Of a DNA stretch of 64,000 nt, positions 57,801-64,000 are shown piece after piece. Source of the DNA: an uncultured Candidatus Micrarchaeota archaeon (lineage in GTDB: Archaea; Micrarchaeota; Micrarchaeia; Anstonellales; Bilamarchaeaceae); NCBI GenBank assembly GCA_963714085.1, contig OY970229.1, positions 800,001-864,000 on the forward strand. Direction: 5' to 3'. Every line of letters begins with the position of its first letter. Positions within the stretch are counted from its first letter, which is position 1. Under the pieces are notes generated by a model. The model ran no database searches, was not told the origin of the DNA, and was given only the letters and a program-made list of their open reading frames with translations. Both the position numbers and the translations under genes were made by a program.

Positions 57801-57855
57801 GAGCACCTATGGCAGCGGGTCGGGCACGGTCCAGTTCTGGGTGGAGATGGACTAA
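45895..57855 (+). CDS. Giant (3986 aa) secreted protein: S8 subtilase, DUF2341-like, LamG, repeated Ig-like and NosD/CASH beta-helix modules, C-terminal putative filament-subunit domain
   Basis: Signal peptide; LDTG, GHGT, SSGN, SGTS; SDLRF..LPYEIE; ISAWIK..WAYVA..GGIDEV; N/S/T-rich beta-helix repeats; no C-terminal TM. Confidence 0.85.
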   Translation: MAKGYRGMLPILLFPLFLSILSLTQLVNISHMAGLNDDFSNLVLQVVNENGTTTVPYTIVGMQDGQWAMVNATLPGANGTLVASAYPDYSYNGTGAGNQTANAGSAAIGQAAYSSGYAYNETLSNASAPENGSGVPSGYENINDFMNQSNISVNQTINGSSGYVNAGPSLNTTNASVNGSGVPSGYEDIGVFMNQSNITVNQTRNISSGYIDVGAFLNATNQAGSFEAISAGTHERGSTKLIQLSYNGSQAEMSADAYDMLADNASVRLIVEGGSGFSRYGRNISTVENIPSRGLHVVTVDKRSLALLLQAGASKIYLDTPVQALLNDSIPLIRADEAAEDFNLSGQGIAVCLLDTGVDYNESQFGGQVLQGYDLLDNVSGAMDDNGHGTLMASIIHSIAPGATIVPVKVLDSTGHGYSSDIIQGIDYCRQVGQNVRIISMSFGGGNFTDYCDSDPLAMAVEDAYDAGILPVASSGNDGGAAITLPACAMNATAVASTSGSDLISSFSSMNGMVDLLAPGEGITAEGLGGPQTRSGTSISAADVSGAAALLVESNSTLEPVDITRIFRTTGIPISYEGVTYPRIDVLNAVMDNATGNPVIPPVNESNGTGVDNFSIAIWTSASFDRCMNITIINVSSSSLANFPALINVAYNTDMQSNYSDLRFYSAGCNNGGTLLPYEIENYTAANAIVWVGIPTMNAANTTISVYYKNNTAVSSGQNATGVWDANFRGVWHLNQNPAGAAPQMKDSTSNGNNGTAAGLTAANQVSGQIDGSLNFTGSSTTTVVVPNSTSTDITGNILTISAWIKPVNQTGGNSYVFQRGNNTGVEQYALVFSRTNTSSGAGSMGAVVNNTIVARSANNSITINNWAYVAFVCNGTAVTDYLNGVVVNTTNYNTTLTSVFESNISFGIKWPNSNAYLGGIDEVELSNAARSAQWINQSYQMQYNNSKWIVFGAAQTRPTTGVALNSPANGSLLNSTSVNFNWTCTGSSSLFTANLTIDGVLNVSAINSTNNTATNYSVSGLALSNHTWSITCIDPNNNSIASATWNFTLQNTCPVINASGTTTMTGNYVGAPNNASPLANFTCVKIAASNVTLNCNGFSITNNGTNGTTYGILLNGSISNVTIENCPGVSNYTYGIYVYNSNHSNIFNSTAFNNSFVGMDFNSSSNDTITNSTGSATSGFGLYLNATTNSQFVNVTGSAISGYGIYIQSSANFTITNSTGSSSSQAGIVLANSSNETITNCIGTSNSSYGIYLTINSNGTITNSSGNSNTSYGFFLNQSNSNNLTGDNASGSFFGFYLVNSSSNQFTNSFAYNDTNGFVINSSSNSNNFTNNSAYGNSNIGLLIYDSNLTTVQGMHFYNNSPDLEVQDDFGSQIVLNLTSMVFDNRLGNYQNYTNLSINDTVNNSETYSIKWTTNSSALPSGYSSFAQEFVNISVISGAPSISSVTWSWLASQLSGYNQSWFGLFDYNGTWQLLNNSPNTTTQTLSITNLTASGIYGILELNSTPNVTLKAPGNNSILNISSANFNFTAVDSFSSAMNCSLYVDGTLKGTNTSVSNNTATNITVGSIADGKHTWYVQCENAVNNTGTSATWNFTVQNNCPVINASGTETMVTNFVGAPNNASPLTNFTCVKIAASNVTLNCNGFSITNNGTNGTTYGILLNGSISNVTIENCPGVSNYTYGIYVYNSNHSNIFNSTAFNNSFVGMDFNSSSNDTITNSTGSATSGFGLYLNATTNSQFVNVTGSAISGYGIYIQSSANFTITNSTGSSSSQAGIVLANSSNETITNCIGTSNSSYGIYLTINSNGTITNSSGNSNTSYGFFLNQSNSNNLTGDNASGSFFGFYLVNSSSNQFTNSFAYNDTNGFVINSSSNSNNFTNNSAYGNSNIGLLIYDSNLTTVQGMHFYNNSPDLEAQDDQGSSFILNLSSMIFDSPLDNYQNYTNLSINDTVNSGETYSIKWTTTQTAPPYTSFAQTYVNISTIAGAVSINSIVWSWISGQLTGYNSSLFQLWNYNATGWTMLNSTPNTVGNTLGLFNLAPQNIYAILQVAKCPIINSSGVYKQGGNYIGAPNNASPLTNFTCVEIAASNVTFDCNGFTITNNATAGTTYGILVNGSLKNVTVQNCPGISNYTYGIYVYQSNNSIITNSTAYNNTNCGLSIYSGSNNSITNSIAYNNAQYGFCLITSSGNNITNSTAYNNTNYGFDVSSSSNDTIANSIAYNNPSSGFSIYSGSNNSITNNSVYNNAYGFLLSSTSNDTFTNNTAYSNPTGFYIYSSSNNTFTNNSAYSSTYGFFLSTSSNNNILTNNSAYSSTYGFFLSNSSNSTITNSIAYNNTQYGFDVYSSSNNNTLINNSAYNNPSIGLMVYDSNLTAVRGMHFYNNSPDLEVQDDQGSSFILNLSSIVFDNPLGNYQNYTNLSINDTVNNSETYSINWTTNQTAPPYTSFAQTYVNISTIAGAVSIDSIVWSWTSGQLTGYNSSLFELWGYNSSGWTMLNSTPNTAANILGMTNFNPGAIYGILQYDGNCPLINKSQVYTENTSYTGAPNVVSQLGGTACVEITASNVTFNCNGYNITNKGVGGTTYGIVLNGSLTNVTVENCPGVSNYSYGIYVYKSNNSVIINSTAYNNTQSGFDISSSSNNNTITNSSAYNNTYYGFYLESSFNNTITNSTAHNNPSSGFAMYSGSNNTLTNDSAYNNAYGFLLAYTSNNTIANSSTYNNTNYGFYLGFSSNNTIANSTAHNNPSSFTIISSSNNILTSNTAYNNSLYGFDIYSSSNNTIANSTAYSNSYYGFYLESGSNNNTITNSTAYNDTFSGFYLGSSSNNSILINNTAYSNPSTGLMVYDSNQTTVRGMHFYNNSPDLEVQDDFGSQIVLNLTSMVFDNRLGNYQNYTNLSINDTVNNSETYSIKWTTNSSALPSGYSSFAQEFVNISVISGAPVIDYTAWSWLASQLGGYNQSWFGLFDYNGTWQLLNNSPNTAAQTLSITNLTSSAIYGILELNSTPKVTLNAPGNNSTLNSSSVTFNFTAVDNISTTMNCSIYLDGVFNQTNTSTSNNTATTFMINNVTDGNHTWYVACENGANNTGTSATWNFTMHNNCPVVSASGTYTQNSNYVGAPNTVGGGTACVEITASNVVFNCNGYNITNNGTGGTTYGVIVSTGGSLTNVTVKNCPSISSYSHGVYLSADNSSTISNVTAHNNSQDDFALPSSTLVTFVFDTSYGSPYGFHLITSTNNNFTDNTAHDASTAAFFLDGDGSNYNNFTSNSVYNSADGFYLLGGYAGSSDNNFINDSAYNNSRAGFDFYTAAFNNLTGNNASGNAYGFRLAYSPGNQLANNTASYDAYGFVINTSSEENILTNDSAYGNSIAGLLVNNSGPTLTAVGMHFFNNSLDLMAQAASVLNFTGIVFDNPLGNYQNYTNLSINDSVDSGEAYSINWSMNTSTLPTGYISFAQEFVNITMTSGSPSIDSVTWSWIASQLSGYNQSWFGLFDYNGTWQLLNNSPNTTTQTLSITNLTASGIYGILELNSTPNVTLNAPGNNSISSTSSVTFNFTAVDNISTTMNCSIYLDGVFNQTNTSTGNNTATTFTINGISDGKHTWYVQCENAANNTGTSAIWNFTVQSNCPVVTTSGTYTQSTNYIGAPNNATPLNNFTCVKIAASNVIFNCNRFNITNNGTNGTTYGMLVNGSLKNVTIVNCPGVSGYTTGIYVYQSNSTNITNDGAYNNTYGIQLTGSSGVNISLSNFTNNSNTGLAIDSLSGSNTFASDRFCFNNVSDINNSGSSNSGSLDACGYWSNWNENSHAGCAYSCSLVWQEFFGNITGKQFLAPNHSQIFYSWIWNGTSGMIFAFNSGVSINWANITALGKNTTGGSSTTDFTTLDTLLSMNGSPDNITGLYSNGSAPKATANMTIYGRPVTYVPLANSSSASSNSSSTTGILWDDSTNTGGHFASGSNVVFVTQVNQTSSSQYDIRVPSGLSTYGSGSGTVQFWVEMD
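49133..51623 (+). repeat. ~850-bp apparently identical intragenic duplication (~49133-49985 and ~50771-51623, offset 1638)
   Basis: Identical shadow ORFs at constant offset (49311/50949, 49364/51002); further shared blocks 49956-50216 = 54438-54698. Confidence 0.9.
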
Positions 57856-58002
57856 GAGCGGGCCGGTGAAACTTTTTCGTCTTGTGGGCGGCGCCCCGGA
57901 ATCTCGCATAGGGTATTATATTAACAAGGATGAAAAAAAAGATTGCAGAACTCCGCGATTCCTACGACGATTGGAATTGCTGGTTCCCTTGCAGGTGCTG
58001 AT

Positions 58003-60111
58003 ATGGGGCGTGAACTCGTCTTACTGCTGCTGGTGCTCTCCGCCAGCCACGCCCAAGTCATCAGCAGCGGCGGCAACGTAACACAGCTCGATTTCCTGCA
58101 AGCCAACTTCTCCGACCATTGGGACGGGCTTTACGGGCAGGTGGTCATCGGCGCGGAAACGAACTTCTCCTACGTCGTGATCGGAGGCGCGATAACCCAG
58201 ATGGACCTCATCGTCCAGGAGCCACCGTGCACCGTCGCATCGCAATCCCTGAACGTCATCGCGGTCAACGCCACCGACCTGGCGCTTCCCCTGGAGCCCG
58301 GGAACGTGTCCGTCCTGGACAGCATCATAACCGGTGAGGACAATGGGAGCGCCACCTTCACCCAGAGCAGCTCGTTCTGGCTCTCCTACGGCAATTTTTC
58401 CAACGTGCCCACACTCTACACGCTCCCGGGCAACCTGACCTCCGGCGATTTCCGGGAGGGCTACCTGAACGACGCGGGCGGGGACCTCGTGTTCGTGGCG
58501 GACGTGGTTAACGACAGACCTGATTGGAACGGCACGAGCGCCGATTACCAGATGATACTGCCGCAGATCGGGACCAATTACACGCTGTTCGTGGATGACG
58601 TCTATTCCTGCGTGGCGCCCCCGGGCCCCATTCCGAACCCCATTCCGGGCCCTGCCCCAATCATCATCGTGCACAGGCTGTACATACTCCCGCCCCAGAT
58701 GTTCACGGCGCCGAGCGGCGGCACGTTCGATGCGGACTTCACGGTCGAGAACACCGGCTCCTTCGCCGAGAACGGCATAGGCGTCTCCGTGAGCTGCCCG
58801 GCGGCGTTCTCATGCGGATCTGGTTCCATCCCTCACCTGGGTGTCGGACGCGAGGGCAGCGTCTCTCTCCCCATAACAGTCGACGGGGCGGGCGAATACG
58901 TGCTCACCGTGTGCGCGAACGATACCGATACTTCCACGTGCAGGGAGTTCATCGTGAACGTGGGGCCGCAATGCAACGACAGCGGCGACTGCGGGGCCGG
59001 AAGCTTCTGCCAGAGCGGCGTATGCGAACCCAAGAAGAAGCCCGGGGAGCGATGCAACGACAGCGGCCAGTGCCTGAGCGGGGTCTGCAACGGAACCGTG
59101 TGCGGGTACTGCGCCGCGGACTCCGACTGCCCCTCTGAGCAGGCCTGCTCTGGCGGCTCCTGCGTCAATGTCCAGTGCCCCTGCGGCAGGGTGAGCGACC
59201 ATGTCTGCGTCAGCTACGCCTGCTGCGCGGACACGGATTGCGGCAGCTGCCAGATATGCTCCGGGAACTCGTGCATGGACAAGAAATTCAGCATCCTGAT
59301 AGCGACCGGCGAGCAGACGGGGATGGAAGAAGGCCAGCCCGTGCGCGTGCAGATACTGGGCAACGATGGCAAGGGAGTCCCAGGGGCCAGGGTTTTCACG
59401 AGCGTTTCAGAGGTGTATACTGATGCGAACGGCTACGCCACGATACCTGTCCCCTATGACGGGATAGTGTACGCGTCCGCCGACTGCTACCCGAACAAGG
59501 GCCTGATGCTCAGCGTCGTGAAAAAAGGCCTCTTCGTCGTTCCGCAGGAGATCCTGGTGGGCGTGGACGCTTCTATCCAGCTCGTGGACAGCCGCGGGCT
59601 GCCCATAGCCGGGGCCACCGTGGAGGTGGACGGCACGATGCTGACCACGGATTCCAAGGGCGTGTTCCACTACACCTTCGATTCCCCTGGCAAGAAAAGC
59701 GTGACTGCCCAGGCCGCGGGGTATGACATACCCGGCATCACCCTGAACGTGGTCCAAGCGACTTCCTGCGGCTACCCCATCGTCTTCGGCCTCCTGTCGT
59801 TCAGCATCATCGGCATCTGGCAGCTTTGGCTCCTCAGCATATTGCTCGCGGTAGCCAATTTCTTGCTGCTGAGGCATCTGATGGGCCGGAAAGCCAGGGG
59901 ATTGCCGCTCACCAGCACGCTGCTACAGCTCGCCTATGCCGGCGTACCGCTCCTCATCGCGGTCATCCCTGGCACTGGTTTCGGCATATGCCTGATGTCG
60001 AACGTCGTGACGCTGCAGCTAATCGCAGAGCTGGCGCTGATAGCATGGAAGAAGCTGGTTAAAGGTAAACCAGACGTAGTAGGGAAAACGGAACAGAAGA
60101 AGAAAAGATGA
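58003..60111 (+). CDS. Membrane-anchored surface protein: N-terminal putative filament-subunit domain, Pro linker, Ig/CARDB-like, Cys-rich repeats, C-terminal TM helices
   Basis: SD AGGTG before ATG 58003; GGNVTQL..WDGLYGQV; C..D.DC repeats; hydrophobic C-terminus with Lys tail. Confidence 0.8.
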   Translation: MGRELVLLLLVLSASHAQVISSGGNVTQLDFLQANFSDHWDGLYGQVVIGAETNFSYVVIGGAITQMDLIVQEPPCTVASQSLNVIAVNATDLALPLEPGNVSVLDSIITGEDNGSATFTQSSSFWLSYGNFSNVPTLYTLPGNLTSGDFREGYLNDAGGDLVFVADVVNDRPDWNGTSADYQMILPQIGTNYTLFVDDVYSCVAPPGPIPNPIPGPAPIIIVHRLYILPPQMFTAPSGGTFDADFTVENTGSFAENGIGVSVSCPAAFSCGSGSIPHLGVGREGSVSLPITVDGAGEYVLTVCANDTDTSTCREFIVNVGPQCNDSGDCGAGSFCQSGVCEPKKKPGERCNDSGQCLSGVCNGTVCGYCAADSDCPSEQACSGGSCVNVQCPCGRVSDHVCVSYACCADTDCGSCQICSGNSCMDKKFSILIATGEQTGMEEGQPVRVQILGNDGKGVPGARVFTSVSEVYTDANGYATIPVPYDGIVYASADCYPNKGLMLSVVKKGLFVVPQEILVGVDASIQLVDSRGLPIAGATVEVDGTMLTTDSKGVFHYTFDSPGKKSVTAQAAGYDIPGITLNVVQATSCGYPIVFGLLSFSIIGIWQLWLLSILLAVANFLLLRHLMGRKARGLPLTSTLLQLAYAGVPLLIAVIPGTGFGICLMSNVVTLQLIAELALIAWKKLVKGKPDVVGKTEQKKKR

Positions 60112-60113
60112 GG

Positions 60114-61799
60114 TTACTTCTTCTTTTCCTTGGTCTCCTTGCTCTTATTGAAGAAGAGATAAAGCGCCACCAGGATTACCAGGATGATGAATACCGAGCC
60201 CACCAGTACCGGGTCTATGCCCGCGGCCGCGGCAGCAGCCGCTTCTGGAACGTATTCCTTCTGCACTGTCTTGTCAAGGAACGCCTGCCTGGCGCCGTAG
60301 TCGGCGCTGGCGGTTATGTTCACGCCGTCAGTCGCGATCCCTGGGAATTTCACCATCTTGCCCTGCGCAGGCGCGAGGGTGTAGGTGTTGCCGTCGTTTA
60401 TGGTCGTAGACGTCCCGTTGGCCACTATCGTCGCGCTGGCTGTGAAGTAATCAGTCACGTCCCCGGTGTTGGTGAAGGTCACGTAAAGGTCGTCTGTGAC
60501 CTGGTCCTTGTTGAACCCGCTGATGCCCAATTGCGAGGTGTCGTTGAACTGCACGTTCCCCGCGTCGCGCATGGTCTGGATCCCGTTCTCGAACGAGAGC
60601 TTGGACGAGCCGAAGTAGGTGGTTATGTTGGCGGTGACTTTGCCGCTTTGTATCGTGACAGGGTAGGCCACCCCGAATACCTGCCCGGCTTCGACCGGGA
60701 ATGGCTGCTGGTCGCCCACCGTCGCGGTGTAAGCGCCGTCAGCATAGACCATGATGCTTGATTTCACGTACTCCAGCGCGTTACCGGTGTTATTGTAGGT
60801 CACTTCGAGCTCCTGGCTCTGGGTGTCGTATTGGACGGCGTCTATGTCAAGGCCGAGTGTGGGACCGGGAAGCGGGAATAGCTCCACCTGGCCCATGCCT
60901 CCGGACCCGGTGGTCTGCCCGAATTTCACGAAAACGCTGAGCTTGTCGGATCCGAGATCCTTGTTGATCGAGGTCTTGAGGTTATATGCGGTCTGTGCGT
61001 ATGATTGGTCCACGAGCATGGCGGCGCTGATCTGCCCTCCAGAGACCTTCTTCTCCAGGTATTGGTATACGGAGGTCGGAACGACCGGGCTTATGAGGAG
61101 CACCGGGTCGTCGCCCGCGGCTATGGTGGAATCGAACGCGTTCCCGTCCGAGAGTATTATCTGGTTCTTCGAGGGGTTCATGGCGAAATACATGTCGTCC
61201 AGCTGCATGTTGTCTGCGAACTTGTCGCCGTTGTTTATCTGCGTGTAGGTGAGCCCTTGTGAATTCAGCGAGTTTATGACCGCCTGGTCCACGTAACCGT
61301 AGATGAGTACGCCGTTCGCGCTTTGGTTCTTCATGAAACTGGCTGCGGAATCAGAGTCGCTCTGGTCCACGAAGAGCAGGTACATCCCGTTCAGCTTCGC
61401 ATAGGCGAGGGCCGAGACGGTGTTGTAGCCGTAGACCGGGTCCACGATGACGAATTTCCTGGCGCCGCTGAGAGCGGCCAGGTTCATGTTGGTCTGCATC
61501 GGGTCGCCTGACTGGATGGTCTGGACCGTGTCGCCCTGGCTGGTCAGGCCGTTGGCCAAGCCCGCTACTATGGGCGTGGTCGTGGACTGGACCAGGAGGA
61601 CGTTCTGGTTGCCGCCCACCTGGGCGTAGATGGACTGGGCTGTGGATGCCGGGGTGGCGAAGATTATGGTGTCGTTCTTGATTGCGGCGTAATAGATGCC
61701 CGAGACCAAGTCCCTGCCATCGAATGAGTTCACCACTGTGATGCTGAAGCACTGAGCGCAGAGTAACACTAGCAGACAAGCCAAGAAGAGTTTTTTCAT
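60114..61799 (-). CDS. Surface protein with cell-wall-binding-2-like alpha/beta repeats, Ig-like domains and C-terminal TM anchor
   Basis: Signal peptide; VVNSFDGRDLVSG/IVDPVYGYNTVSA repeats; C-terminal TM plus KKKK. Confidence 0.65.
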   Translation of the reverse strand: MKKLFLACLLVLLCAQCFSITVVNSFDGRDLVSGIYYAAIKNDTIIFATPASTAQSIYAQVGGNQNVLLVQSTTTPIVAGLANGLTSQGDTVQTIQSGDPMQTNMNLAALSGARKFVIVDPVYGYNTVSALAYAKLNGMYLLFVDQSDSDSAASFMKNQSANGVLIYGYVDQAVINSLNSQGLTYTQINNGDKFADNMQLDDMYFAMNPSKNQIILSDGNAFDSTIAAGDDPVLLISPVVPTSVYQYLEKKVSGGQISAAMLVDQSYAQTAYNLKTSINKDLGSDKLSVFVKFGQTTGSGGMGQVELFPLPGPTLGLDIDAVQYDTQSQELEVTYNNTGNALEYVKSSIMVYADGAYTATVGDQQPFPVEAGQVFGVAYPVTIQSGKVTANITTYFGSSKLSFENGIQTMRDAGNVQFNDTSQLGISGFNKDQVTDDLYVTFTNTGDVTDYFTASATIVANGTSTTINDGNTYTLAPAQGKMVKFPGIATDGVNITASADYGARQAFLDKTVQKEYVPEAAAAAAAGIDPVLVGSVFIILVILVALYLFFNKSKETKEKKK

Positions 61800-61869
61800 G
61801 CGCTAATTTGCCACGGAAGGGTTTATAAATAAAAGGTTTGCTAATATATTTAACAGAGAAGGTGCGACC

Positions 61870-62544
61870 ATGAAACTAAGTATTGGATTGATTGCGATCC
61901 TGCTCGGGATTGGCCTGGCGTTCGCCGTGACCCCCGTAGGGAACTGGACGGTGATTAGTACTAGCGCCTACACCTCGACGACCAATGCGAGCGTGCTGAC
62001 CCAGGGCGGCAATGTCACGAACCTGGAACTGAGCTCGAATGTCTCCACCATTAAGTGGGCTGGTTACTGGGGCAACGTCAGTAGTGCGTTGGTGCTTTCT
62101 CCGGGTGCGGGGCAGGGTAACCTCTATAGCTGGGTCTGGAACGCATCAAGTGGCGGCGAAGTATGCGCAGTGGCAGCTGCGACCGGATTCAGCTGGGCGA
62201 GTATCGCGGCTACCACTACGAGCGCCGTGGACACGATGTGGGGATTCAACGCGTCCGACCCGGATAGCGCGGCTAATACATTGATGGACAGCAGCTGCGC
62301 CATGACCATAGGTGGCGTACCAATCACCACAGTAGGGAACTTCACCGGCTTGGACACCAGCTTCGAGACCTGCGCAGTGGATGACGGTGCGACCGCGGCG
62401 AAGAGCGATTACGCGTTCTGCGTGAACATCACGGACAACGGCACGCTGTTCAACAACCAGACCGGGAACTACGAGCTCATCGTGCCAACTCCGAACAGCA
62501 TGGTCACGACCGAGACGGACTATTTCTGGTTTGACCTCCGTTAG
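61870..62544 (+). CDS. Small secreted protein, putative major filament subunit A
   Basis: Strong TATA TTTATAAA, SD, signal peptide ending AFA, GGNVT..WAGYWGNV, ends YFWFDLR. Confidence 0.8.
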   Translation: MKLSIGLIAILLGIGLAFAVTPVGNWTVISTSAYTSTTNASVLTQGGNVTNLELSSNVSTIKWAGYWGNVSSALVLSPGAGQGNLYSWVWNASSGGEVCAVAAATGFSWASIAATTTSAVDTMWGFNASDPDSAANTLMDSSCAMTIGGVPITTVGNFTGLDTSFETCAVDDGATAAKSDYAFCVNITDNGTLFNNQTGNYELIVPTPNSMVTTETDYFWFDLR

Positions 62545-62546
62545 AG

Positions 62547-62582
62547 CTGGCACCAAGGTGCCGGTTTATTTTTTCTTTTATC
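62547..62582 (+). terminator. Hairpin plus T-tract terminator (copy 1)
   Basis: CTGGCACC AA GGTGCCGG followed by TTTATTTTTTCTTTT. Confidence 0.7.
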
Positions 62583-62701
62583 AAACTTTTCCTTTCAGAA
62601 GAGGACGATGCCCTCCGTGCGCTGATTTCCAGTGAAGCCACAGAAAGATTTATAAATAAAATGTAGGTAAAAGCTAATAAGGAGTAAAAAAAGGTGCGAC
62701 C

Positions 62702-63373
62702 ATGAAACTAAGTATTGGATTGATTGCGATCCTGCTCGGGATTGGCCTGGCGTTCGCCATAACCCCTGCAGGGAACTGGACTGTGCTCAGCACGAGTTAT
62801 TACACCTCGACGACCAACGCGAGCGTGTTGACTCAGGGCGGCAATGTCACGAACCTGGCGTTGAGCTCGAACACCACCACCACCAAGTGGGCTGGTTATT
62901 GGGGCAATGTCACTGGCGGACTGCTGCTTGCTCCGAGTACCGGGACGTATACATTTTACACTTGGGCCTGGAACGCGTCTAAAGGCGGCGAAGTGTGCTC
63001 TGTTGCCGCTGCAACCGGGTTCAACTGGGTGAATGTCGCGGCCACGACGGTGGGCGCCGTGGACACGATGTGGGGATTCACCACGACCGACCCTGACAGC
63101 GCGACCAACACGCTGGGGCAGAGCAACTGCGCCATGACAATTGGTGGCGTGACGGTCAGCACAGTGGGCAACTACAGCGGATTGGGCACATTCGAGACCT
63201 GCGCAATTGATGATGGCGCGACAGCGGCGAAGAGCGACTTCGCGTTCTGCGTGAACATCTCAACCAATGGCACGCTGTTCAACAACCAGACCGGGAACTA
63301 CCAGCTCCTCATGCCGACCAACAACACGGTGGGCGCGACAGAGACTGACTATTTCTGGCTTGACTTGAAGTAG
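62702..63373 (+). CDS. Small secreted protein, putative major filament subunit B (paralogue of 61870-62544)
   Basis: Identical signal peptide, colinear mature sequence, four conserved Cys, ends YFWLDLK. Confidence 0.8.
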   Translation: MKLSIGLIAILLGIGLAFAITPAGNWTVLSTSYYTSTTNASVLTQGGNVTNLALSSNTTTTKWAGYWGNVTGGLLLAPSTGTYTFYTWAWNASKGGEVCSVAAATGFNWVNVAATTVGAVDTMWGFTTTDPDSATNTLGQSNCAMTIGGVTVSTVGNYSGLGTFETCAIDDGATAAKSDFAFCVNISTNGTLFNNQTGNYQLLMPTNNTVGATETDYFWLDLK

Positions 63374-63375
63374 AG

Positions 63376-63411
63376 CTGGCACCAAGGTGCCGGTTTATTT
63401 TTTCTTTTATC
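63376..63411 (+). terminator. Hairpin plus T-tract terminator (copy 2, identical to copy 1)
   Basis: Same 41-nt 3' sequence as 62542-62582. Confidence 0.7.
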
Positions 63412-63470
63412 TGACTTTTTCTTTCGGCAGCTTCAGAAAGCAATAAAAATAAACAGCACTGATTAACCCC

Positions 63471-64000
63471 ATGGCAATGCTCGAGGATTTCAGGCTTCTG
63501 GAGAAGAACGGGTTCAGGCTGCTCCCTTACAAGCTCGCGACTGACGAGGATGGGACTGTGGCTGCGGCGCTCAAGATCGGCTATCCGATAGCGCTCAAGG
63601 TGGTCTCTGAGGAGATAAGCCACAAGACCGACGTGGGCGGCGTGAAGATAAGGATAAGGGACGAGGCCGGCCTCAGGCTCGCTTATAAGGAGATAATGGA
63701 CAGCACCAAGAATTACAAGGTCGACGGGATCCTAGTGCAGAAGATGGCGCGCAAAGGCATAGAGCTCATCATAGGGGGCAGAAAGGACCCGCAGTTCGGG
63801 CACATGGTGGTGCTCGGGCTGGGCGGGGTCTATGTGGAGATATTCAGGGACATAACCGCCAGGATATGCCCCATAGCCGAGCAGGACGTGGAGGAGATGA
63901 TAATGGAGCTCAAGGCCCACCCCCTGCTCGAAGGCGCGCGTGGCGCGAAGCCAATAGACCGGGCGGCGCTGAAGAAGATGGTACTGGGCGTCTGCAGGTT
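63471..64000 (+). CDS. Acetate--CoA ligase (ADP-forming) ATP-grasp subunit, 3'-truncated; not in ORF track
   Basis: Hand translation IGYPIALKVVS..ISHKTDVGGV..LVQKM..ELIIGGRKDPQFG..GLGGVYVE. Confidence 0.92.
   Translation, partial: MAMLEDFRLLEKNGFRLLPYKLATDEDGTVAAALKIGYPIALKVVSEEISHKTDVGGVKIRIRDEAGLRLAYKEIMDSTKNYKVDGILVQKMARKGIELIIGGRKDPQFGHMVVLGLGGVYVEIFRDITARICPIAEQDVEEMIMELKAHPLLEGARGAKPIDRAALKKMVLGVCR

Noticed and set aside
61870..63373. Small secreted paralogues as type IV pilins or archaellins
   Set aside because: They have a class I signal peptide ending AFA and no class III prepilin motif or retained hydrophobic N-terminal helix; no pilB/pilC/arl genes in the window
986..63920. Numerous antisense and alternate-frame ORFs in the track
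   Set aside because: They overlap well-supported genes and are expected shadows of high-GC3 coding sequence

Overview
Archaeal chromosomal window, inferred DPANN/Micrarchaeota-like: archaeal RpoK, AglB, class I CCA enzyme, NurA, Pth2, FtsZ, an intron-containing tRNA, TATA/BRE promoters and many ORFans. It carries housekeeping genes, pyrD-pyrK, a chimeric riboflavin operon (ribB, fused archaeal ribC-ribH, bacterial-type ribA and ribD) with a separate RbkR regulator/kinase gene, two tnpB-only IS200/IS605 elements and a tRNA-Arg(TCG). The most striking region is about 45.9-63.4 kb. One uncharacterised ~180-aa domain recurs there in four proteins: two small secreted paralogues, the C-terminus of a 3986-aa subtilase/LamG/beta-helix giant, and the N-terminus of a membrane-anchored 702-aa protein. 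This layout suggests a tip-shaft-anchor surface filament. Features absent from the ORF track include a box C/D guide sRNA predicted to target 23S U2552, an Ile-rich leader peptide with attenuator-like hairpins, tandem candidate RbkR operators, a Cys-rich microprotein behind a duplicated promoter, and rpoK. All family assignments come from motif recognition by eye; no searches were run.
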